Origin: a virus
Taxonomy: Duplodnaviria > Heunggongvirae > Uroviricota > Caudoviricetes
Direction: 5' to 3' (one strand)
Virus record (IMG/VR): IMGVR_UViG_3300002026_000032
Coordinates: 1 to 16,350 of that record
DNA length: 16,350 nt
In this document: positions 1 to 8,018 of the stretch, one piece after another
Layout of the letters: the number at the start of each line of letters is the position of its first letter
Position numbering within the stretch: position 1 is the first letter of the stretch
Program-made: the position numbers and the translations under genes
The notes under the pieces: model-generated
What the model was told of the DNA's origin: nothing
Database searches by the model: none
The model's input: the letters and a program-made list of their open reading frames with translations, nothing else

Positions 1-8
1 TATAAATA
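1..8 (+). promoter_or_regulatory. T4-type late promoter motif TATAAATA
   Basis: Exact match to the T4 gp55-dependent late consensus, 30 nt upstream of the likely start (39) of the giant ORF. An 8-mer this AT-rich can occur by chance, so the support is positional. Confidence 0.6.
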
Positions 9-38
9 GTTGTAAGTGAAACTAAAATGGAGTGTATA

Positions 39-3000
39 ATGGTTAAAAAGAAATCCATACTTGAATTCTTTAAGTCAACTGGATCATTGCTATTGGAAGC
101 TAAGAAGGCTAAACAGCCTGTAGTTAATAATTACGCAACAGCCGCAGCCAATGAAGTTATTGCATACGCCAAAGAGAAAGGTGTTGCAGTTACCGACTCA
201 TATGTAAATGATGTTGTTGATAGCTTCAAAGAAGATCTGTTTGATGGTAATCCATCCGGATTCGTTGCATCGGAAAAGAGAAAAATTGATGATGCATCCC
301 GTAGAGGTGATATCAATTATGTGCATGGTAATATTGTTAAAACCGATCTACGAGCTAAATCAAATCGGGTTAGTAATGATATTATAACTAAATCGACATC
401 TACCGGTGTTGATGCTAAAGGGAACCCGATTAACATAACCAGTCGTGGGTTGACTACAGATGGTAATACAGAGAAGAAGAATTCAATTACATCAGGAAAT
501 TTAAAACTTATTCTTGATAATGACATGGTTAAGACATTTATTCGGAATGTTGATGAGTTTGGATCCGATCAAATGATCAATGAACTTCCTGATAATCTCC
601 GTATAGTTAAAGATAATTTTGGTAAGATTTTTAAGATGGATAAAATAACTGGCGTTATCGAGTTTGTCAAAAAGTCTATGTCAAATAAAGCAAGCGACGA
701 TCAATGGGGTGAGGTATTAAAATCTGTAATTTGGAACACATTTGTCAAACCATTCAATGGTGCTGTGAAAAATGTGGTTGATGGTAATAAGATTAAACTG
801 AATGGTATCAAGATTGGTGACCAATTCGTGTCATATGACGAGATGGTTAAGAATCGCAACTCAATCACATCCGATCAGATGTTGGCTGGTAAATTAGACA
901 AATCAATCTCAATTGAAAATCAACTACTGAATATCACTTCACCAGTAGATGCTAAACAGTTTGTATTGTCATTGGATGGTAAAATTCCTGATATCATCGA
1001 TGCCATACAGAATTCGAAGAGTGCTTCATTCTATACCAAAGATACATTTAACTCAGCTATTTCCAAGCTTACGACTTTGCATAATGATAAGGAAGCTGGT
1101 AAACCAGTAGCCACCGAAGAAATTGCTGATGTAGTTTATCGATATGTCCACAAGACATCATCTGATTCAGTCACAACTATTGGTGACATTGATAAGAAGT
1201 TTGATAACAAGAAATATGATACAGAGTATTCTCGCTTGATGGATAAGGGTGATGTGAAATTACCCAGATCATTGGCTGACTCAATCATAACATTCATCAA
1301 CCGAGTTGTTAATGATAAGATGACATTGACTGTATCACAGGCAACATCCGGTCAGAATACATCAAAGATCATTGTCGACAGCAACGCAAAAGACAAGCTT
1401 CGTAAAATTCAGTTGTCATTGGGTGTCACCCTTCAGAAGATTAAAGGGAATAAAACCATACAAGAGTTTGATATGACAACCGATCGATATAATGAATTGG
1501 TTGAAGGTGTAACAGCTGTAGCTCTTTCAATTGCCACAATGAGTCGTAAGGATTCGGAAGAGAGTTATGAACCAAACATAGCATCCATGGTTCGTGCCGT
1601 ATTCACCAAGAAAAAGAATATCGATGTGTTCCTTGATAACATCGCTGTTCCTGGGTACATCCAATTCACAATAAATCAGGGTGAAGTTAAAGATCCAGCT
1701 GAGAATATGATCAAGATGTTTGTTCAAGCAAACAACACCGTATCACCATTGAAAGCTTCCGATAAAGACACAGCACAGCGTCGCAGCGAAAAGGAAGAAG
1801 CTCTTGATGGTATCAATACGCTAATTTCATCAATGTGTAAAACTGAAGCCATCATTGATGCGTATCCCGGTGAAGTGATTGATGCCGTAGAAGATCGTAA
1901 TGATATATCCAAACGGCTAAATGTTCTGGTTGATGGATGGATCATGAGTCGATTGAATTCAATTTATGAAAATACATTGAAGGTTGATGAAGATAATCCA
2001 AAAACAAGGGCACTCACTCAAGCTGACAAGAAGTTTCTGATCGCCGTTACTTCGGGGATCCTTGATACATCAGACGCGCAGGGTGGTATCCGCGTTTATA
2101 CAGGTGTTATCGTTCAACATCTTCAAGATCAATTCAGTGAAGCTTCAAAGAACAATAACACCAAAAATATGTCATTGTCAAAAGAATTAAGTGGTGATTA
2201 TGCTAAGGATAGTTTTTACATCCTTAAACAATATCAGAAGGTTTTAAATAGTGAAAAACCTGATGTTCAGTTGGGGGCTATTGTTGCTTTGTTGAGAAAC
2301 GACGAAGCGTGGAAACCAATCGCCGAAGATCTCATGTCGAAAGATAAGCAGTATCTGTGGTCTATGTATATAGACCAGGGTAAAGATCAAAATGAATCCA
2401 AGTATTATGCTATGGCAAAATATGTTCTAACCGATCTTCTGACACGACCAATGAAGGAACAGCCAGAGATTATCAGCAGAAACCGCGAACTCTTCTCGCT
2501 TGTTTCACGAAACACCAAGACAAAGGATGCTTCAGGAAAAACCATTGAAGTTCCTTCAGCCGATCGAATCGCCATTCAAAAAGCTATTCTTAATCGAGGA
2601 TTGTCTAAGTCTACCGATTCAGCAATTGTTGGGCTGTTTAAGAGGGATATAGCCAAGGATGGTGATAAGGCTGTAACATTCGCATTCCCTAATACAAGCT
2701 TGATGACAAACATGGCTATTGCCAGTTTCATTGTAAGTGGTGGTGATGATCAAATATTTGGTGGTACAAATAACGGAATGTCATATAAAGCGATTGATCA
2801 GTCAAAGAAAGACAAGTTCGTTGCTGGTGTGATAGCACATATCAATTCGGATAAATTTTCTGTGACAGATGATGTACTGGCATTAATTCCGGAAGATAAA
2901 ACAATCAATGATTTTGCAACCAGAAAGCAAGAGTATGTTAATTCTGTGAACAAGGTTGCAATGAAGTTGATGAATCATATCGACATCAAATCTCGGGAAT

Positions 3001-6000
3001 ATATGTATCTGATGGGTCGAAATGAATCTGGTGGAGTTTCATTCAATGTTTCCGATTTAAAAAATAGAGTCGTTGATTTCGTCATGATTGATATGTTGAA
3101 CATGAAAGAGAGTATCAACGCTCCAGCACCAATACATTTGACTAAATTGTATGATGCATTAGAGGGTGTTGTCAATGAGCTTGGTGTTAATCCGATCACC
3201 GTATATCAATTGATCAAATCAAAGATTAAGTTGTTTGACGAGGTTCAATCAATAAAGGTAAATAAGCCCGATGGAACTCCTAATGAGGTTACACCATTCA
3301 ATGATGTCATCAATGATGACAGCATTGCAAAACTTAAAGAGCTGCTACCAAACCTGAAGTTTGATAAAAACACCGGTGTGCTTGGTAAAGAGAAGAACTC
3401 TTTAGCACTTGCCAAGAAAGCTATTGCAATGGCAGATGAGATGTTCGGTATATCTGATCATCCAAACTACCATTCTCTCGGTGGAATTAGCGATCCCGAT
3501 ACAGACTTCGTTGGTATGGTTCGTGATAAGCTTCTCGCCAGTGATAACATTTATGCGGCTAAGAGAGCACTGAGTGTTGAACATAAATACAAAGTTATGG
3601 TTGGAGATCAGTTCATCGAAGGGATTGTTCCTTACAGAGAGTATGTTAAAATCGCCGATACTGATATCCTTGGTGATAAAACTGATATCAATTCATATAA
3701 CAAACTCGGTAAGTTCGAACGATTTGTTGTGGCATATATATGTGCTAAGCAGGTTAATGTACCTATTGAAAAGTTCATACCATCGAATCAATTCAACAAA
3801 CAATTGATTGAAGATGGTGTTGCTATTATTAGCCGTGGTGATTCGAAAGAAACTGAAAACTCAGATTCGTTTACTATGTCTCTTCGTGACTTGACAATGA
3901 AGGTTCAGTTGGTTCATAAGAACCTACGAGCACCAATTGATGTAACTGTAACTGGAATCGATGTTAATGACATTCGATTTGATAGAAGATGGCCTGGATA
4001 TCAAGCCATCGTTGATGCTGGATCTAAAACTGGATTACTTCAGGCTGCAGTTCATTCGTTCAATATGGGTATGCAAGATTTCGTTGGATCCAATACACTC
4101 AGTCAATTCCAGAAGAAGAATGGTGATGTGCTTCCATTCATCAAGAATTTTAAGACTCGAATTTTAAACTCTAGACAGTTTAAAGATGCATGGAATGGTG
4201 CACGGAAGATGATTGGAACTAACACCCCTGGTGTTATATTTGACTCCATAACCGATTTCGATACCAAACAAGAACTTAAAGTCTTAAATTCTATCGATGG
4301 TCAAGTCACTAAAGCTTTAACTCAGCTTAAGGACATCATCGAATCTGCGTATAAGGCCGATAAGAATGCCGCGGGTCAAACATTAAACATAACTGATGAT
4401 AAGGATACACTTCTTAAAGAAATCGATCAACAGCTTCAATTGGTTAATGTGAATATCAGAGATATAATGAATTTGGTTGAGAAAACAAAACTCACCATTG
4501 CCATCCCTTATTCATTGACTAGCATCGAATCTGTACTGAAAATCGATGGCAGCTATATTAACCGCGATTATATGACAAACATTGATGGAACTCCAATCAG
4601 TGATAAGACAATGAATCGTGTTCGATCTATCATGGCAAATGAATCCAAGATGAATTTTGTTAGAGAGGCTGAACGATATGCACACAGTTCGCGTGGAATC
4701 AAAGAGAATAAGCGTCTGCAGATATGGGAAAATGAATCCGACTTCAAGAAATTCTGGGAAGGGTTAACCCATACTCAGGGTGGTAAGGTTCATACTGAAT
4801 CATTGGATGTAAAGTCTATTGAAGATCTTGGTAAGTTTATACAGAATGCATTACCTACTATCAGATTCAATGACAAGTCTGGTGCGTTACAAAGTTTGAT
4901 AACCGCTGTATTTGATAGTGGTGTTGTTGGTGGGACTCATACGAAGCAATCAGTTGAGCGACAGGTTAAATATTATTCATCAATTAAAAAGGGTGAAGAT
5001 GCGACCATACCAATATTAAAGAGCAGAGGTCTTGAGTTTGATAATAAGTCTGCAAGATTCAATGATAAAGATAAAGATAATACTATAGAACATTTTCTTA
5101 ACAGAAAACTCGATAGGAATGACTATGCTAAGTTTATTTCAACTTACACATTCATAACACCAAATCTGTTTGATGATGAGAATCGTAGGATTGTTAACAT
5201 GGTTGCTAGATTAATTGATAAAGTTACGAGTAGCACCGAGCATGATCCGAAAGATGTTATATCATTGCGTAATGAGTTTCTGAATACGATAACTGGCGTT
5301 GCTGCTAGCATTGATAAGAAGCTGACATTTAAGAAAGTTCGTAATGAATCTGTGCTTGATGCAAAGCCATTCAATAAAGAACTTCGGGATTTAGTTAATA
5401 CATCAGCATTCATATCTATGTTTACTGATATTGGAATTGATCAAGCTACAGGTATTGACCTGATAAAGTTGCTATCAAATGCTGTTAATGGTGAGATGGT
5501 ACCTGATATCAATAAAAAATGTATGGATGCCTATACTGTTATGGGTCGAAATCTACAAAAGATTCAGGGTAAATTAGCTGGTACTGATACGACCATATCT
5601 CTAGCTAATGTCTTGAATGAGTTTATTAAAATCGATGTTATGGTTAAGGCCTTTGGTGATACCTTATTTGATGATGAAGTGGCTGATGAACAAGAATCTA
5701 AAGATGCCGGAAAATCTGATTATGAGAAACTTTCTGACATCAATAAAGGGACTAAAGATAGAACCAAAGATGTTGAGAAGATGGGTAAAGTTCAGTTCAA
5801 TAAAATGATACAGGAGTTGGCTGCAACTTTATCAGGTGTATCATCAGATGATCCGAATGAAAACATGAAATCCATCACCCATGGTGGTCGTTCAGCTGAG
5901 TCGTTGGTGAAGTTCAAATCGGTTTATAATGATGAAGTAGTTGCTAAAGTGAAAGAGTATACGGTTACTGGTAAGATGGCAACTCTGGCTGGTTCAGCTA

Positions 6001-6635
6001 AACCACTCCCGGTATCGAAGCTTCCGGAATTCCTTCATGCTCAAATGAGAAAGTTTGGGGATCCTGTTATAGCTGAACTCAAAACTTCGGTTGAATCAAG
6101 ACTTCTTGACGACCCTAAAGCTGCTAAAGAAATGACGGATAAACTCAATGCGATTGAAGGTTTCTTCAAATCTCATGGGCGAGGTGGGATGTCATTTGAT
6201 GCGGCGGATATGACACTTGTAAAAATGATCATGTCCGCAAACACAGCGATCGATGATCTCGATACTGACAGTATGGCTGATGATCTTAATAACTTTATCA
6301 ATGATGCTAAAGATATGGTCATCATTGAGACTCGATCATTACTGAAGTCACCGTTCCCTAATTTTACTGATGATGATAAACTGATGAAAATGATTGAAGG
6401 TATATTCATCAGATTCATTAAGGATAAGGCAAATCGTGAAGTTAAGAGCTGGTGGAAACAGTGGTCTGATAAAGGTGGGGCTAGAAGAATTGGCCAAGAG
6501 TTTGGGTCGGTTGTTGGTCGAGGTGGTCGACACATTGCAGATCTAAACCAGCCAATGAACCAGAGCACTCATTATGGACATCGGGCATCTCTTGTTGAAG
6601 CAGCGAATAGATATTTCAATAAATGCTTCAAGTAG
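39..6635 (+). CDS. Giant hypothetical protein (~2198 aa), probable virion-internal/ejection protein
   Basis: Uninterrupted ORF 27-6635. ATG39 is preferred because GGAG (29-32) sits 6 nt upstream. K/D/I/N-rich, no transmembrane segment or enzyme motif recognised. N-terminus MVKKKSILEFFKSTGSLLLEA. The CDS is near-certain; the function is inferred. Confidence 0.8.
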   Translation: MVKKKSILEFFKSTGSLLLEAKKAKQPVVNNYATAAANEVIAYAKEKGVAVTDSYVNDVVDSFKEDLFDGNPSGFVASEKRKIDDASRRGDINYVHGNIVKTDLRAKSNRVSNDIITKSTSTGVDAKGNPINITSRGLTTDGNTEKKNSITSGNLKLILDNDMVKTFIRNVDEFGSDQMINELPDNLRIVKDNFGKIFKMDKITGVIEFVKKSMSNKASDDQWGEVLKSVIWNTFVKPFNGAVKNVVDGNKIKLNGIKIGDQFVSYDEMVKNRNSITSDQMLAGKLDKSISIENQLLNITSPVDAKQFVLSLDGKIPDIIDAIQNSKSASFYTKDTFNSAISKLTTLHNDKEAGKPVATEEIADVVYRYVHKTSSDSVTTIGDIDKKFDNKKYDTEYSRLMDKGDVKLPRSLADSIITFINRVVNDKMTLTVSQATSGQNTSKIIVDSNAKDKLRKIQLSLGVTLQKIKGNKTIQEFDMTTDRYNELVEGVTAVALSIATMSRKDSEESYEPNIASMVRAVFTKKKNIDVFLDNIAVPGYIQFTINQGEVKDPAENMIKMFVQANNTVSPLKASDKDTAQRRSEKEEALDGINTLISSMCKTEAIIDAYPGEVIDAVEDRNDISKRLNVLVDGWIMSRLNSIYENTLKVDEDNPKTRALTQADKKFLIAVTSGILDTSDAQGGIRVYTGVIVQHLQDQFSEASKNNNTKNMSLSKELSGDYAKDSFYILKQYQKVLNSEKPDVQLGAIVALLRNDEAWKPIAEDLMSKDKQYLWSMYIDQGKDQNESKYYAMAKYVLTDLLTRPMKEQPEIISRNRELFSLVSRNTKTKDASGKTIEVPSADRIAIQKAILNRGLSKSTDSAIVGLFKRDIAKDGDKAVTFAFPNTSLMTNMAIASFIVSGGDDQIFGGTNNGMSYKAIDQSKKDKFVAGVIAHINSDKFSVTDDVLALIPEDKTINDFATRKQEYVNSVNKVAMKLMNHIDIKSREYMYLMGRNESGGVSFNVSDLKNRVVDFVMIDMLNMKESINAPAPIHLTKLYDALEGVVNELGVNPITVYQLIKSKIKLFDEVQSIKVNKPDGTPNEVTPFNDVINDDSIAKLKELLPNLKFDKNTGVLGKEKNSLALAKKAIAMADEMFGISDHPNYHSLGGISDPDTDFVGMVRDKLLASDNIYAAKRALSVEHKYKVMVGDQFIEGIVPYREYVKIADTDILGDKTDINSYNKLGKFERFVVAYICAKQVNVPIEKFIPSNQFNKQLIEDGVAIISRGDSKETENSDSFTMSLRDLTMKVQLVHKNLRAPIDVTVTGIDVNDIRFDRRWPGYQAIVDAGSKTGLLQAAVHSFNMGMQDFVGSNTLSQFQKKNGDVLPFIKNFKTRILNSRQFKDAWNGARKMIGTNTPGVIFDSITDFDTKQELKVLNSIDGQVTKALTQLKDIIESAYKADKNAAGQTLNITDDKDTLLKEIDQQLQLVNVNIRDIMNLVEKTKLTIAIPYSLTSIESVLKIDGSYINRDYMTNIDGTPISDKTMNRVRSIMANESKMNFVREAERYAHSSRGIKENKRLQIWENESDFKKFWEGLTHTQGGKVHTESLDVKSIEDLGKFIQNALPTIRFNDKSGALQSLITAVFDSGVVGGTHTKQSVERQVKYYSSIKKGEDATIPILKSRGLEFDNKSARFNDKDKDNTIEHFLNRKLDRNDYAKFISTYTFITPNLFDDENRRIVNMVARLIDKVTSSTEHDPKDVISLRNEFLNTITGVAASIDKKLTFKKVRNESVLDAKPFNKELRDLVNTSAFISMFTDIGIDQATGIDLIKLLSNAVNGEMVPDINKKCMDAYTVMGRNLQKIQGKLAGTDTTISLANVLNEFIKIDVMVKAFGDTLFDDEVADEQESKDAGKSDYEKLSDINKGTKDRTKDVEKMGKVQFNKMIQELAATLSGVSSDDPNENMKSITHGGRSAESLVKFKSVYNDEVVAKVKEYTVTGKMATLAGSAKPLPVSKLPEFLHAQMRKFGDPVIAELKTSVESRLLDDPKAAKEMTDKLNAIEGFFKSHGRGGMSFDAADMTLVKMIMSANTAIDDLDTDSMADDLNNFINDAKDMVIIETRSLLKSPFPNFTDDDKLMKMIEGIFIRFIKDKANREVKSWWKQWSDKGGARRIGQEFGSVVGRGGRHIADLNQPMNQSTHYGHRASLVEAANRYFNKCFK

Positions 6636-6641
6636 GCTGCT

Positions 6642-6649
6642 TATAAATG
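6642..6649 (+). promoter_or_regulatory. Late-promoter-like motif TATAAATG
   Basis: 7/8 match to TATAAATA in the 54-nt intergenic gap between the giant ORF and the 6690 ORF. Confidence 0.4.
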
Positions 6650-6677
6650 TGGGTGTGGATCAAACCACACTCACATT
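6646..6677 (+). other. 13-bp RNA stem-loop
   Basis: AATGTGGGTGTGG (6646-6658), loop ATCAAA, CCACACTCACATT (6665-6677). One G-U pair favours the + strand RNA. No U-tract; directly followed by SD GAAAGGTG. Confidence 0.8.
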
Positions 6678-6689
6678 GAAAGGTGAAAT

Positions 6690-7103
6690 ATGAATACCAT
6701 TTTAATTTTGTGCATTATCATTCTGCTAACAATTCTCCTGATACTGATCCCCATATCAATAGCCCTATACATCCAAGTTCGGATCGGTATGGATATCATA
6801 TTGATTCCCAAAAAGAATACCACATTCAATGACATTGATAAGATCCTATCAGATCATTTCGGTCATGCAATAGCACAACATCGATTGAACAAATCAGTGT
6901 CAACACTTGATACACTTCTGTTCGGTTTGTGTCAAGATAATAAGCTTCCATTTGATTTCGATTACATTTCAGATCTTATCATATCCGAAGTCAATAGAGT
7001 TGCGTTCACTCCTGAATTTAATCAGATGTATGATGATATGATTGAACATATAAATAAAAGTAACGATGGTGATAACTTTGATGATATTTGGGCTCGGAGG
7101 TAA
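6690..7103 (+). CDS. Membrane-anchored hypothetical protein (137 aa)
   Basis: SD AAGGTG upstream. Strongly hydrophobic N-terminus (ILILCIIILLTILLILIPISIALYI) followed by an acidic soluble domain. Confidence 0.8.
   Translation: MNTILILCIIILLTILLILIPISIALYIQVRIGMDIILIPKKNTTFNDIDKILSDHFGHAIAQHRLNKSVSTLDTLLFGLCQDNKLPFDFDYISDLIISEVNRVAFTPEFNQMYDDMIEHINKSNDGDNFDDIWARR
7049..7056 (+). promoter_or_regulatory. Internal T4-type late promoter motif TATAAATA
   Basis: Exact consensus near the 3' end of the 6690 ORF, about 50 nt upstream of ATG7106. Confidence 0.4.
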
Positions 7104-7105
7104 AG

Positions 7106-7345
7106 ATGCCAAGATTTAATTACAAGTGTAAAGATTGCGGTGCCGTCAAAGATTACATAACAGTTCCAGAGTCATGCCCAGCATGTGGGTGTTCGATTAT
7201 GACTAAGTCATTTTCCCCACCGAAAACTTTGGTAGTTGATGTTGAGGGTGGGTATGAATATAAACATGGAATTCGGGCTTGGCGGACCAGAGTGAACGAA
7301 CATGAGTACGCTCAGATTCTTCTTGGGGATAAGGATCCATACTAA
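7106..7345 (+). CDS. FmdB-family zinc-ribbon protein (79 aa)
   Basis: MPRFNYKCKDCG...CPACG matches the MPxYxYxCxxCG...CPxCG pattern. GGAGG (7096-7100) supports ATG7106 over the longer track start. Confidence 0.85.
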   Translation: MPRFNYKCKDCGAVKDYITVPESCPACGCSIMTKSFSPPKTLVVDVEGGYEYKHGIRAWRTRVNEHEYAQILLGDKDPY

Positions 7346-7671
7346 TGTCAATAGTCAAAGACATCAAATGTGAATACCCAGGGTGTGATATCATCTTCTT
7401 TGGTGATGGTCATAGAAAATATTGTGATGAACACAGCAAGTTGAAGTATCGCAAGAAAATTGAGAAAGCATCAGAAGATGATGCAAACATACTCATCCGA
7501 CATTTATCACATGAACTGTTTACGATCGGTCGAGCATGTGATTGCTGTGGAGTTGATTACAAGATCACTCTATATCCAAAACAGTTCATATACCCAAGGT
7601 ATTGTGAATTACATAGAAATAAATTTAAGAGACGGAATTATAAAGGAGAGTTACATGTTGGCAGTATTTAA
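7345..7671 (+). CDS. Twin zinc-finger protein (108 aa)
   Basis: TAATG overlap with the upstream stop. Two motifs, CEYPGC..KYCDEH and CDCC..RYCELH, each followed by a basic patch. Confidence 0.8.
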   Translation: MSIVKDIKCEYPGCDIIFFGDGHRKYCDEHSKLKYRKKIEKASEDDANILIRHLSHELFTIGRACDCCGVDYKITLYPKQFIYPRYCELHRNKFKRRNYKGELHVGSI

Positions 7672-8011
7672 TAAAACAAAAACCACAAGCAATGGTATTG
7701 AATCGTGGGTTGTCGTTCCAGGAATGGGTGAAGATTCATTATCAATTAAAGTCCATGCTGAGTCATTAAATCGAATCGATATCGAACTGATACCTAATCT
7801 GGAGTGCCAAGAGAGTGACAATCCAATTGCAAATGAAATCATTGATTTTATCATGAATGTTAGTAAAGGCAGCAAGTATACACACCGATCATTTACATAC
7901 AGTTCTGAACGAGATATCGATGTTAATGGCATCACTGCAGATCTGAAGAATGGTGTCATCAAATTTGATATCCCATTCAAGCCAATCAAAACAAAAACTA
8001 TTAAGCTGTAG
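7655..8011 (+). CDS. hsp20: Small heat-shock protein, Hsp20/alpha-crystallin family (118 aa)
   Basis: VVVPGMGEDSLSIKV and IDVNGITADLKNGVIKFDIP match the alpha-crystallin signatures (lPG..I.V and I.A...NGVL.I.lP). AAGGAG precedes ATG7655. Confidence 0.8.
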   Translation: MLAVFNKTKTTSNGIESWVVVPGMGEDSLSIKVHAESLNRIDIELIPNLECQESDNPIANEIIDFIMNVSKGSKYTHRSFTYSSERDIDVNGITADLKNGVIKFDIPFKPIKTKTIKL

Positions 8012-8018
8012 GTGATAA

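Noticed and set aside
3672-3710. GDKTDINSYNKLG in the giant protein has the K-x7-K spacing of the RNAP beta motif GDKxxGRHGNKG
   Set aside because: The RHG core is absent, and downstream matches need large insertions. Not enough to call a virion RNA polymerase; structure prediction should still check it.
6252-6269. DDLDTD as a possible DxDxD polymerase catalytic motif
   Set aside because: It lies in an acidic, helical-looking stretch with no upstream RxP and no NADFDGD/DFDID-like context.
6646-6677. Hairpin as an N4-type vRNAP promoter or a classical intrinsic terminator
   Set aside because: The stem and loop sizes do not match N4 hairpins (short stem, 3-nt loop), and no U-tract follows.
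7600-7657. ROSE-like RNA thermometer before hsp20
   Set aside because: No stem pairing with the SD is visible, and the region is the coding end of the upstream gene.
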